Source of the DNA: Camelus ferus
Taxonomy: Eukaryota
NCBI RefSeq assembly: GCF_009834535.1
Contig: NC_045697.1
Coordinates: 109,866,001-109,930,000, forward strand
Direction: 5' to 3'
Length of the DNA: 64,000 nucleotides
How positions within the stretch are numbered: the first letter of the stretch is position 1; each line of letters opens with the position of its first letter. A model generated the notes under the pieces. The model was not told the origin of the DNA and searched no databases. It saw only the letters and a program-made list of their open reading frames with translations. The translations under genes were made by a program, and so were the position numbers. Below are positions 26,389-39,401 of the stretch, piece after piece.

Positions 26389-26474
26389 GAAGGATGGCAA
26401 GAGAAATTATGGCTACCTTTATCCCTATGGCTTTGCTGCCGGCCTTCTAGCCTGGGCACATGAGAATTTTCCAG
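26389..26474 (+). other. Candidate internal exon (86 nt)
   Basis: Branch-like cttgac, then ctatgtttttttcag| acceptor; weaker donor CAG|GTAGTT. Confidence 0.25.
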
Positions 26475-27749
26475 GTAGTTAAGGCAGTCACAGAGCCAGG
26501 CTGGAGGATGCTAACCCCTACTGTGTCTAAACACTGACACCTGGGATGTCAGGCAACAGTGGTCCCTTCTTCAGGGACCGTGGTGAGCCTCAGGTCAGGG
26601 TTCACTTCTTTTCACCACTAACATGTTGAGGGGATAAGCTGGATGAAAAAGATTGATTCAAACCAAGTTAACTGTCAAATTTATTTATGTGAGAGGAACT
26701 TGAGTTCTTCACTGAAACCTACCATAAAATGTGTGTGGTTTTCACAAGGAAAGAGGTCTTCAGTTGAATCAAACAACTGCAGAAACAAGTTGTTGAAGTG
26801 ATGTCCATGGAGTGATGGCCAAGGGTCTTGAATAAAGAATGGCTTTGCAGCCTATTCTTAGTTCCTGGTTCTGAATGTTGCCCTCTCAACCTCCCATGCA
26901 TGAGGATTTACTGGTACCCGGATCCCACAACTTAACTTTCTTCCTGTCTTTTTCTTTTGGATTATGAATGTCTACTGGAGTTAGGCTGCAATAACCTAAT
27001 TTGTCACTGTCTAACATGCAGTGTTAAATTTGAGCCTTTTGAGCAGAATAAATTAATGTCTTATTTTATTAATGGTGTAAGTTCAGAAGGGTGGGTTTAT
27101 TTAAAGTGAGAAATAGACTGCGGAGTTCTGGAAAAGGCTGAATGGAAACGATACTTGTCAAAAGAAGTTGCTGAATTTTCTGCCACTCTCCCCTGGGGCA
27201 AGCTTTCCCTGTACGGGCATCGACCTGCAGGCAGTTGTCAACATCCTCAGCAAGAAAGCCTATCATATTTTCAACTCAATGATACACTTTCCCCTTCATT
27301 TCTGTAGTCCTCGCGGGCAGTGGACAAAACGGTCGTCTTTGTTCATTACTTGGCGTGTTTCGCAATCTCTTCTTGTTCAACTCTTCCTTCAACTTTTCTG
27401 TCTAATGTATCTAAATCCCCCCTCACTCAGTTCATTCTACCCCCTTCCCCAACGAAGGCCTTAGAGAGGCTTCCAGTGGTTCTGCAAAGGAAGCCTGAGG
27501 GTTTTACCTTCTATTCCAAAGGCTGCCCCTTTCCTCTTATTCTTACACAGTCCCCCGTGCTCCTAGTCAGATTTCCCTTGGGCCACACTAGTCTCATGGT
27601 GTTCCAGCCACTCTTTCTGATTCCCACACTTCCCCAAACCTCCCATTTCTCTACGAGGTCTTTCCCAACTGCTCAGGAGAAGAATGGTTCTTGCTCCTGG
27701 GAAGTCATCATCAAAGTGGTTCTTCTGCCACTCATTACTCATTACCTGA

Positions 27750-28435
27750 TAAGAATAATGATAATAATAGTAAAAAACACAGCAATGGTTAATACTTACA
27801 TATCACTTATGTGCCTGTCACCAGCCAAAGCATTTTACATAAACCGACTCATTTATTTCTGGCCAAAATCCTTTGAGCTGGTGTGATGGTTTATTTTCTG
27901 TGTCGATTTGGCAGGGCCAGGGGGCCCATATAGGTGGTCAAACATCATTCTGAAGGTTTTTGTGAGGGTATTTTTGGATGAGATAAGCCTTGAAATTGGT
28001 GGACTTTGAGTAAAACAAATTGCCTTCTATAGTATGGGTGGGTCTTGTCCAATCAGTTGAAGGCCTGCATAGAACCAAAGTCTGAGCTCCCTCAAGCAAG
28101 AGGGAATTCTGCTAACAGATGATCTTTAGCTGTCACCTGCCTCATCAGCTCTTCCTGGAGTCTCCAGCCTGCTGGCCCACCCTGCAGATTTTGGACTTGC
28201 CAGTCTCCGTGACTGCATGGGTCAATGCCTTAGTATCTCTTCCTATAGATAGAAATAGGAAATATACACATCTCATTAGTTCTGCTCCTCTGGTAACCCT
28301 GACTAATACTGGTAGGTATTTTTATGATTACCCCATTTCAAAGATGTGAGCTGTGGGGCCCAGAGAAGTTCGGTAACTCGTCCAAGGTCATCAGTACAGT
28401 AAGTGGTACACTTGGGACTCTGTCCAGTTCCCAGG
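27750..28435 (-). mobile_element. MIR split by the MLT2 LTR
   Basis: Antisense MIR at 27750-27881 resumes at about 28311 (ccccatttcaaagatg...cccagagaagttcggtaactcgtccaaggtca). Confidence 0.65.
27882..28309 (+). mobile_element. MLT2 (ERVL) solo LTR
   Basis: tgtgatggtttattttctgtgtcga...gtccaatcagttgaaggcctg...aaccctgactaatac are the MLT2 ends. Confidence 0.85.
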
Positions 28436-31294
28436 TCTGTTCTCTTTGCTATGAGATTGAATACATATGATTTACGTTGTGTTCAGAACTGTCTGTTCAT
28501 CAGTCTGCCTTGTATATCTTTTTTTTTTTTTTTTTTTTTGGTGGTGGATTGTTTGTTTTCAGTTGTCAGCTTTGAGAAGACAGAATCTGCCTGTCTGGTG
28601 AATGTACCACGTAGAGTTCCAGGCAAGACATGTGAAAGGAAGGAGTTTGGGAGATTGCAGATACATGAACAGCACTCTTGTAAAGGAGTTAATGATCTGG
28701 ATTGTCTGCTCCTTGGTCATTTTCCTTTCTATCTGATGATCATCTCAAGGAGGATGAGGAAGATCCCATAATTTTACCACTGCATAACATTTTAGGCGGT
28801 ATTTTAGGAATGCCACTTTGGGTTCCCTAAAGCACATATTTCAGAATAAAAGATTTTCAACACTTTAGAGGAGTTGGATCTTTTAAAGATTTCAGCATAC
28901 GTTCTAGCCTTCTGTCAACAGCAGAGAACAGCACAGAGAGGGGTCCAGACCATCCTTGCTACTCTGAGGCGAACAGACCCACTCCAGGAACCAGAGCTGT
29001 GCCCTTGAGTCTCAGGGACCCAAAGCTGGGGCACAGCCTCTTCCTGTCAACCCTGCCCTGGGAACCTCATCTCCTTGCGATGGAAGTGTGGAAACTGGTT
29101 TCCTCCCCTGATATTCACACTGGCTTTCCCTGAAGCATCATCTTAATGCGAGTGTGTTTAAAGTCAGTCCCTGATGCAGGCATGACATTCCTAAAAATCA
29201 GCGAAAGCTCTGTGACTTCCACAGCTCTGCTGGCACCTTCGTTCTTGGAGCAGTTTTGATTTTTCCATTGGCATCAGGTGGTGGTTTCCACAGGCATTTT
29301 CTTTTATTCTCTGAGGTACTGGGCAGGACTGGCAGGGTAGAATGGGTGCCGAGCAGTAGACCTCTGTCTGTCTGTCTGTCTCTTTCACATTTTCTCTCTC
29401 TCATACACGCATGCACGCACACATGCACACACACCATCTTCTTTAAGCAGGTCATCATAGCATTAACAACTACTTTCAACCTTTCAGGCTATCAGGCATC
29501 AGAAAAGTTTTAATAGGTTTGGAGGTGACTCTGGAGTCCACCAGCATCTGCATTCATCTGTAATTTATAGCTGCCTCTTATTTAGTTGGTGGAGTAAATT
29601 GCACCTAAGAGTACTCTTTGAGACTTGGCAGCCTGGTGTACAGTTTCACGATTGAGCTGTGTTTTTGCCAACTATTTGGCTTTCTCTCCCCACCCCCCTT
29701 TCTTTTGGATGACATTTGCAAATACTTAATTTGGAGCTTTGGTCTGGAACACACTTTATCAGACACCTTTCGTGTGCCAAGAGACTCCCTTATCCATTCT
29801 GTTCAGGCGGACTTTCCACATGCGAACCCATTTATTTCTCAATTGCTTTTAAAGTCACTGCATTTCCCAATAACATAAGGTGAAGCGTGGTGCTTTTGGA
29901 CCACTTGGAGCTTGTGGTCTCTTGCTTCTTCCCACACCCTCCACCCTTCTCTGGATTTGAGTTGAGGGGAAATTCCTCTCTAAGTGGAGAGGTGAGGGTG
30001 ATGGTGCCCAACCAAACCATAAAATTAATGTCTATTGCAGAAATAAAAGGGCTTACTTTGTTATGAGGTATGTGAGGACATGTTTTGGCCTCATTTCATG
30101 TGCTCGGTTTAACCGTGTCCCAAAGATTAAATCGAGGCTATTAGGGGTATAATTTATTTCTCTTTCAAGTCTATCATCATGTGTGTCGATCTGGGAGATT
30201 GTGTTTTCCCACTTTCAGGGGTAAGGTCTGTATCTGGCAAACACTGACGTCAGGCCATCCATGCAAAGTTCCTGGAGCTATTTTCTTCGAGTTTTACAGA
30301 ATTCAATTTTCTAGCTGAGTCTCGGACTCCCTGACTGCTCCCTTTCCTCATCACTAAGCGTGGTGGAGAACTCGGCTTTCCAGGACCGGACTTCCAGTTG
30401 TGTCATTGTCTCCCGACAAGAGAAGATGTAATTCGTTTGTATTATGATGAATACCCTGTGATCATGTCATCTGCTAGAAAACTGTGATCTGAAGACAAAA
30501 TGTGCAGTAAAATTAGCCCACACCGTGAATCTTCTTTTAAGGTCTGAAGAGGGATTAGTGGTGAAATCCTTTAATGTTCTTTATTTTGGAGTGGAGAGTA
30601 ATGGATCGATCTTAGCCCTCTGTCACAGGGGAATGGGAATTTCGGTTGACACGTGAAATACAAACTTCCCTTCGTATTCCTTCAGGATTCATGTCTCCCC
30701 CATCCTGTTACACTTGTGGGCCAACGGAGAAGTGTCTGGGGATGCAGGTATGGTCCACTGCAAAAGCCTCCACATTTTGTGCTGCTGCCTCTTGTTTGCA
30801 CTTGCCTCCTGGTACAGAGACGCCTGATATAAACACAGTTTGTGGGCACTGAAGGCCGAGGCAAGGACAGTGTATATCTAAGATCCCAAATTCTTTTTGA
30901 AACTGATTATTTTTCTCTTCGGCATCTCTCCTGCCATGCAAAAGCAGAAAAGTTGTCATCAGATGATGACAAAAGACATTCAGAGATGCTTGAATAAGAA
31001 ATAAATGGCAAAAGCACATTTTCCTTCTACTCGGTGGCCCCAACGACTAAGCCCACACAGAGGCTTCTGTCGCCAAAGGCTTACTGGTAGCCTTGCAGGA
31101 CACAAGGTTTCAGAGCCAGTCTCCTTGCTGCGTATGCTATACCCTTCCCTTCCTTCCATGAACCTTCCAGGATGAGGGTGTGCAAAGGGGAGGCTGACTC
31201 CAACGGTATTTTTCTGTGGCTATAGCTAATGTTCACAGGTAATTATTTTGCTAAAAGTGCTCATAAACCTTTTATTTTGCTAGAAAGTAAAGAA

Positions 31295-32560
31295 GTGTTC
31301 AAAGATTAATGGAGACATAGTCAAAGCACAGAAGAGCCAGCTTGAAAGGGCTCTTACTGGTTGATCTAGCTCAATTTCAGCATAATAATACATGATGATA
31401 GTTATGGATTATAACACACTGAATAAAATAAAAAAAAATCTATGATTTCATACTGACACAAGTAGAAAAATGAATGGGGGAAGTACATGTTAACTCATAA
31501 TTACAGACTTAAAAACAATCAAAAAGGATAAAATAGAATGCCATGTAATAAATGCAGAAGGAACGATGGACTCAGAAAATCACCAACTGATGCTAAAACT
31601 GGTGAATGAAAGTTTGATAAGGAGCAGGATGTTTGCCTGGTCTCAAAGGGGCTCCCCACAAATTACCGATTAGTTACATAGGAAAAAAGAGCTATTTAAC
31701 AGTGGAGAAATCCTGTGGACATCACATCACCTTATCCAAGTGATGGAAGTCAGTGTTACCAGTAACGGGACCTGCTCAGTGCCTGAGCCTCTTAATCTGA
31801 GCACTGAGGAGGGCAGAGCATCACTCTGTGATGTTTCTGCCAAAAAAAAAAAAAAAAAGTGTAATCTGAATCTGACCAAGAGGAAACATCAGTCAAGCCC
31901 AAACTGAGGAATATTACTATAACAACTGGCCTGTAATCTTCAAAATTAAACAGGTCAACAAAAACAAAGGCTGGGGAAACTTTTCCCAGTTGAAGGAGAC
32001 TAAAAAACAAACGTGATCACCAAATGTAGTGAGTGCTCCTGGAGTGAGTCCTGGAACGGCACACAGTTCCTTGAACTTCAGTTCATTCTGGAGACCTTTG
32101 ACAAACTTTGAATAAAGCCTGTGGATTAGCTAACAGAACTGCACCAAAATTAAATATCTTTATTTTGAGAATGGCACTGTGGTTTTAGAAGAGAATGCCC
32201 TTGTCTGTAAGAAATATACACTGAAGCATGAAGTGGTAAAGGCATATGATGTCTTTAAGTTACTCTCAAATGGTTCAAAAAAATAATATGCATGTATATG
32301 TGTATGTATATATATATATATATATATACAAATGTGTGCACATATATAAATATATAAACACATATGTGCGCACATCCATTTATACACATATCTATCTTCA
32401 TCTATCAATTATCTGTTTACTACTTATCCATTCATCCATCTATCTGGAGAAAGAATGATCAAGCAAATAGAATAAAATAAACATTTGGTAATTCTGAGCA
32501 AAGGGTACATGGGGTGTACCTTGTACTGTTTTTATGACCTAAATTTTAAATCATTTTAAA
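31295..32560 (+). mobile_element. L1MC-type 3'UTR containing a (TA)/(CA) microsatellite
   Basis: agagccagcttgaaagggctc, cagtggagaaatcctg...caagtgat...gttaccagtaacgggac, gagaatgcccttgtctgtaagaaatatacactgaag. Confidence 0.8.
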
Positions 32561-34214
32561 AAAAACAGCTAAAAAATACTTATAAGAATAAACGTGATTA
32601 AATTTGATGTCAACAAACAACGTGGGACCCTCACAACTGTTCCGCACTTGCTTTCCATCCGACTCTGCTAGCTGCTTCCTTAGCTTTGCTGGGTGATCCC
32701 AGCCAGGGTGAGGAGTCTTTCCCCCTAAGTGTGGTTGTTGTACTGGGACCACATACTCACCTTGTTTAAGTAAAACAGATACAAGCATCGCTGGCATCTC
32801 TCGCCACCTCAGTTTCCAGCAGTGAGGAGGGAGAAGTTCCCAGTTCAGTGTAGGGGCGGGGAAGGATTCTCACCACGGACGGCAGGGAGGTGGGGGTTCC
32901 CTCTGGCGCTCCGGGGGCCTCTAAGTGGGTCTCACTTGCCAGGAGTTTCCATGATCATGACAGGAGGTTGCAACAGTAGCACACAAGCTCTCCAGAGAGA
33001 GGACCAGAAGGGTTTCTGTTAAGACAGCAGCTGGGCGCTGTCTTGGCAACGGCAGACAGAGATGGACCGTCAGGCAAAGTCACACAGGGACATACGACCC
33101 ACCAAGCTTTGCAGTCTAAAACCAGTCATACCCAAAAGTAGTTTGGTGCCTTGTTGCAAACCACTGTTTTCCACAAAATTACATTATCTTAAAATTTAGT
33201 ATCTATAGGTATCAACTAACTTACAGGTTAATCTAGTGATCAAAGAGAATGGGCATAGCTGAAATGTAAATGCGGTGTTGGCTTAGCATTTGGCCCCATA
33301 ACAAAAGACTTTCCAATTCCACTTTTTGGGCAGGCTCAAGGTTTGCAGTCCTGGTCATTGCCAATAGGTCAACAGGTAACACTGGATGTCTCGGTGGAAG
33401 CTGGGGTGAACATCAGCTGTTACCGTTTGGTGTGTTGGAAGGAGAGGGCATGGGGACAGATTTGTAGCCACACTATAAGAACGAGAGAATTGGGGGTATC
33501 AAGATGTTTTCAAGGGCTCTGAGAAAAGAGCCAGTGAATTTTACCTCCTGAATATACTTCGCTTGTTTTTCTAGAGTTTTGTTTCCTTTCACAAAAGATT
33601 CAGAGTGATTTACAATAAGAAAATCTTAAGTGTCTTTATGGTTAATAATAAAGATAGTGGTTTTTCTTCCCAGGGCCTTCACTGTATTAATAATGCAATG
33701 TGCAAAATAGTGTAATGTATAATAGTGCAGGAACCACATAGTCCTTGTGCCACCCTAAGAGATAGGATCATTTTATGAGGAAGATTCAAACCCTCTGTCA
33801 GTCCGTCAGCACTTAACGAGGTTAATGTGCAGGGCCACCCTTAGAAACAGTTCATGGAGCAGCCCATAGGTGGGTCCCTGTGCAGTGACTTGTGTCCTTG
33901 TCTGTGGCAGGCTTGTTCTCTGCAGGTTTTCCACTGCAATATTGGTTCCTGTTTCACTGTCATATCATGGATGGGCATTTATTTTATTTTGGCAAGGGTG
34001 ATGTATTGAAGCACACAGACAAGCATTTTCTTTCTTCTCCTTGATGTGCAGACATTCCACTGCAAAGTCAACAACAAAACAGGTCATTTCCAGAAACATA
34101 TTTTTAAATAAAAAGGTAATGTTCAAATCTTGAGGCACAAGCACTATAGAAGTTAAAAATAGAAAATTTAGAGATTAAGTAACTGAAATAGGAGAAAAAA
34201 TGAAAATCAACCTG

Positions 34215-34660
34215 GATTAGTTTCCTTCCACAGCCGGGGTGGCTTTATAAACGAAAGAAATGTATTTTCTCACAGGTCTGGAGGCTAGAAGTCCAAAATC
34301 AAGGTGTCATTAGGGTCGCAATCTCTTTGAAGGCTCTGGAATCCGTCCTTGTCTCTTTCAGCTTCTGGCAGTTGCTGGCGATCTTTGGCGTTCCTTGGCT
34401 CGCAGATGCATCACTCCAATGTCTGCTTCCTTGTTTACATGGTCTTCTCCCCTGTGTGTCCATGTGTCTGAATTTCTCTCCCCTTATTAGAAAGCCAGAA
34501 ATTGGATTAGGGCTCACCCTTATCCATTGTGTCCTTGTCTTAATGATATTACATCTGCAAAGACCCTATTTCCAAATGAGGTCACCTTCACAGATATCAG
34601 GGATTGAGACTTCAACATATCTTTGGGGAACACAATTCAACCCAAAACACAACCCAACAT
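34215..34660 (-). mobile_element. MLT1C-like MaLR solo LTR
   Basis: ctcacaggtctggaggctagaagtccaaaatcaaggtgtc...acatctgcaaagaccctatttccaaatgaggtcac...cacaattcaaccca. Confidence 0.85.
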
Positions 34661-36139
34661 TTTAACAGAGAAAAAATATGACCCAAGTTATATTAAGAGG
34701 AAATAGGATCTAAATCTCTTGGATGATGGCTGTGTCTGTTACTTGCTCTGTTCATATTTCGGCACCTGCAGTTCAGTCCTTTCTTTGCTTGTTCTGAATT
34801 GCAGGTGAGGTAAGGGTAGAGTCCACTGACCTGAGACTGGAAGCAACAATCAAATCTGCACTGGCCCAATCGTCACCATTAGTTACATATGTGGTTTCCT
34901 AAAAACACAAGGAAAACTTCTAGGTAACAAAATGTGTAGCCTCCGTCAGGTGACCACGTTTAGCAGCACCATGTTCCTGGGGCTAAGTCTGCAGAGAAAA
35001 GTCCAGGAAACAGACTTATGTAACTGATCTAATCATCTAACCGATTATTCTGTCAAATTCCAAAACCGATGAGAAAAAGGAAATCCACCTGGGTGCCCAG
35101 CCCCCTGATAAGGCTCCCTGCTGTGTTTATATTATTAATATAATCACTGGGTTATCATAAATCTATATGAAAATAATACATGCTTTGGCTCTGTCTGTAT
35201 GGTGGAAGGAATTGCACATTTTCAAGCTCATTACCAAACTCATGACTGAATCTCTGAATTGTTGATTGCAACCCTTTTTGCAATAATTGACTCAAACTTG
35301 CTATTCAGTTTGCTACTTGGCATTCCCCTTAAGGGGATGGTCCAAACTCTGTATCTAGTTCTCTCCATTCATGACACCTTACTCTCTTCTTGTAATTGGG
35401 AATGTTTCCACAGCAGTTGATCTGTAGATGCACTGGGGAATAAAAACACAGTGCCACCCACCAATAAATCCAGGCTACACTGTTTCCTCAGACACGTGAC
35501 TGCCATAAAGCTAACAAATGCAGTGCCAGTATTTCACTGCAGATTCTTGTTTAATACATTGAAAACATCTAAACCCAAATGTCAAGAAAATCCAGTTTTA
35601 CTCCAACTCTGGGGCCAAGGCTTATATTTTAATGTCATTAGTGATGAACGTTGGTAAATAACTCTCAAGTTTCATCTCTGTTCACCAAAGGAACACTCTC
35701 ATGCCTGTATACAACAATTGGCTTGGCCCTGCAGGGAAAACTTCCCTAAACGCGGCGCTGGACAGCAAATGGTAACTTAATTTATCTTTTGGAAGTCCAA
35801 CAAGTCCCTGCTGTTACCAGAGGAGCTAGCTCTAACAAACTGTAGATCATATAGGACATGTCCAAAACGTAATTCTGGGCTGGTTTCGATTCTTTTCATT
35901 GTATTCTTAGAGAGCCTGTTGGAGAACACCTAATTTTTCTCTGCCTCCCATGTCAACACAAGTAGAAAGCCTGTCAGTGATTAAGCCCGTCACTCTCGCC
36001 TGAAAGAAGACTGGTTTTGGAATGTTTCATTTTCGGGGTGTGAAAGAGGAAGGGGATTAGCATGTTCTCAAGCAGCCACTGAGGACAACTAGGGACCCCA
36101 GGAGAGTCTACAGAGGGTGTCTTCAAAAGCATCAGCAGA

Positions 36140-36177
36140 AAGAGAGAGAGAGAGAGAGAGCGAGTGAGCGAGAGAGC
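36140..36177 (+). repeat. (GA)n microsatellite grading into gagcgagtgagcgagagagc
   Basis: Directly visible. Confidence 0.9.
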
Positions 36178-37249
36178 GCCTGTGCGCGAACTGGAAACCG
36201 ATGAGGGGGACAGGGGAATGAGAAAAACCCCACACCAGGGAGCCAAGTGGTTGTGGCTTGATGGATCCTGCATCTTATTTTCTATGATTTTTCCAGAAAA
36301 AGCTGGCAATGAGAATAGAAGAATTGCAAACAATGCAACATGCCCTTGCCAAGATATAAATACAGAAGAAGCATTTGAAAGGACCATGTACAGTATCAAA
36401 TTATCTGCAAAGATGAAAAAAGTAATGACTTCCATTCTCTGTCCTCCGCCTGGTGACTCATCCAAGTGGAAAAATGAAGCAGCTGGAGATTAAAGTTACC
36501 CCCCAAAAGAGGGGGGAGAGAAGGGGCCTCAGGAACAGCCAATCCAGTCAGCCAAGTTAAAATGCAGCCAGAACGTTGGTGACAGGAGGTGGCAGCTACA
36601 TGTTTTGTGGTTCCTCCTATTCGCCATAATCTTCGACAGGAAAGGTTCAATTCCAGCTCACCACCCGTGGTCGGGGCTGCAGATGTTGCAAGAAGCACCT
36701 AGCACTGGCCCGGCGTCACATGAGGACAGGCTGACCATGGTTACATGGGTACCATACACGCTCGGCGGAACACAGGGCAGAAACAGGTGTCTGCGATGCT
36801 CTACTTAACAAAGGCCCTTCTCCGCAGTCTTGATCTTTTTGGTAACAGTCTTACTGTGATATGATTCACGGATCATATCCTCTATCCATTAGTATTTTGT
36901 GGTATACGTTTGTTTATTTGGTCAAAATCTGTCTCATTTGGTACACAGCAAGCTCCGGGAGGGTCACAGCCATGCATGTCTTTATCCATCAGTGCACACC
37001 CAGCATGTATCGTAGTGCACAAAGCAGCCGCCCTATAGCTATATCTTTTTTCTTTTTCTTTTTTTTTTTAACAAATGCATAATGAATGAATAAAAAGAAA
37101 CAATTTAGATTTCTAAGGCTTATAAACTGGCTTTAATTAACCACCTATTCTTTCCTTTTTCTCCAAAATCACAAGCAATTTTTTAAAGTGTAAAGTACTA
37201 AGGAGGGAGAAAAGGCCTCCATTTGTTCACGTGCTGATTTTTGACCCCA

Positions 37250-38110
37250 AATATGAGCGGAGAGAGATTTCGGCGGGGAGGTCTTTCTCCACTCCCCGCC
37301 CCCAACCCCTTGTCGCGTTGCATGTTTAGAACGGAGAAAGAGTTCTGACCGATGTGTAGAATCAGTTCACCTGAATCAAACTGAATCAATTCACCCAGCA
37401 GGTAATTCCTGAGTGAGGCTTAGACTGAGGACCGCCCGGGAAGCAGAAGGTAACGGCACACCCGCCGTCTTCTGGTTCACCATCTCCGTGGGACCGCAAA
37501 ACAAACGTACCTGATCTTGGAGGAAAAGAAAAAGTAGTGTGAGATTTAATGCCAGGTTCTCAGGTCAGACTTCAGACGCGGAAGAAATTCGGAAAAGGAA
37601 GGGATGGGGCGCCACTGAAGGTCGGATGCTGTGCGGAGGAGCTGGGGTTTGAACTGCTGATGCGGGAGGGCGCGCTGCATTCTGGGGGCTCGGCGGCAGG
37701 GGGCGTGCTGGGCGGAGAGGCCGGCCTGGGGCTGCTGGGAGGTCGCGGGGGGTCGCGGGGGGTCGCGGGCGGTGGGGTCTCGGAGTCCCGGTTCTGCATA
37801 TTCACGCTTTGGTGAGGGGGACAGAGACCCGAAGGCGGCGTCCTAGGCTTCGGTGCCTGGGGGAGCACCGTGCTTCTCGAGCCTTCCACGGACGCTCCCC
37901 ACCAGTCCGCTTTGTCGATTTGGTTTTTGTTTTGTTCCTTCTACAGCATGTGAGAGAGGAAGGGCCTCGCCCACAGAGAGAGGGATTTCGGCAGAGTAGG
38001 ATTTGTAAATCATCGAAATCAGCCACATTCCAGAAAAGAACACTGATAGATCCTGTGTCCTCCCCGCTTAAGGAGGAAACCGCTCCAGAACCGCTCCATT
38101 ACGGGCTTGG
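37250..38110 (-). promoter_or_regulatory. CpG island with a candidate minus-strand first exon (donor at 37511/37510)
   Basis: Densest CpG stretch in the window. The reverse complement of acgtacctg is CAG|GTACGT. Octamer ATTTGCAT just outside at 38139-38146. Confidence 0.65.
37741..37770 (+). repeat. Three copies of the 10-mer ggtcgcgggg (G-quadruplex-prone)
   Basis: ggtcgcgggg ggtcgcgggg ggtcgcgggc. Confidence 0.9.
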
Positions 38111-39401
38111 CACAAAACAAGGCCTTATTTAATTTATCATTTGCATGAAACATCTAATGTCATCACTGAGTCGTGGGCACTTGGCTCTAAGAAACTGTTT
38201 AAAATAAAATTTTCTCCTCTTAAGCGTAGAGCTGTTTGCTCTTTTGGCTAAGGAAAAGAAATACACACAATAACACTGTTATCAATAAAGGGTACTAGTT
38301 GTCACTATTTTAAAAGGAAACAGTAACAGATTTTATGACAGACTCAGCAGACATTCCGCGGAAAGATTCGAACCCCCGAGGAGGCATGGACTTCTCAACT
38401 GGGTTATTCCCACAGGGTCTCACCTTGCCTGTTTTGGTCGGCCGGGGAGCTCCTGGTATGGGTTAAAAAGAGAGTTGGTTTTTCTTTCCACGGAAGCCAG
38501 GAGTCATAATATTTAAATCACTTCGCTTTTTAGATTTTCAAAAGGAGGTTCTCTAGACCGTAATAGGAGTCACTCTCCTCAACTAACTTCCTTTCCCTTC
38601 TCTGTAGAAATTGTCATCTTCCTTGATTTCCTCACTGACTTTTAAAAGTGTCCATAAAGATCTCACAAGGAGAGGAAGTGAAGCGAAATAAACGCTGTGC
38701 AGATGGTAAGCAGAGAAGCTCTGTGAATAAAAGCTGGACATAACCCTCAGATTTTAGTTCTAAGATGTTTAAGACTGTGTTCGGAGCCCTTTGAGTGCTG
38801 TGAAATTAATAAGGCTATTTATAGGGCGATTATAAGACCCTTCGGTGATAGTTTGTCTCAGAAACTAATCTTTAGGGCTGTTAGCTTCGACCAAAGATGC
38901 ATCTTTCCCTGTGGAAACGTGGCTTAAAACAAACTCTTCCTTGGCTGAATCCCTGTGGGTTTTTTGTTGTCTTTTTTTTCCCCTGCTGTTTTTTCCCTCC
39001 TTTTGTTACAAAATTTGTATCTGGCTCATATTTATTGTCTGATTTTTACCTTTTATTTCTCTTCAATAGTTCATCGCTCAAACGTGCTAAGCCATCACCA
39101 CATCCTCTGATCCTGTACTCCCCTCATTTCCCTCTTGTCTTCTCCTCCAGATCCTGCCCGTGGAAGCTCTTCACAGCCCCCTCCTTCTGTCCAAGGTGGT
39201 CTAGATCCCTTGTCCTCTTCCACACTGAGTTTCCTTCTCTGGAGCCGTTCTCTCGCCTTAATGTCCACTGTTGAGATCCTCCTGCTGCTTAAATCTTATT
39301 GTCCTCTACTGCCTCCTTTCTCAGCTGCAGGACAGTCCCTTGCTCTTTGCCTCTCCTGTGCCCTCTTGAGATTCCTACACAAAGCAGGCCTTCTTTTCTA
39401 A

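Noticed and set aside
27320..27886. 188-aa + strand ORF
   Set aside because: Non-ATG start, runs into MIR sequence, no family resemblance.
35750..35770. REST/RE1-like ggcgctggacagc
   Set aside because: The left half-site TTCAGCACC is missing.
35974..36698. Overlapping 100-163 aa ORFs near the GA repeat
   Set aside because: No recognisable homology or consistent splice structure; overlapping on both strands as expected for random ORFs.
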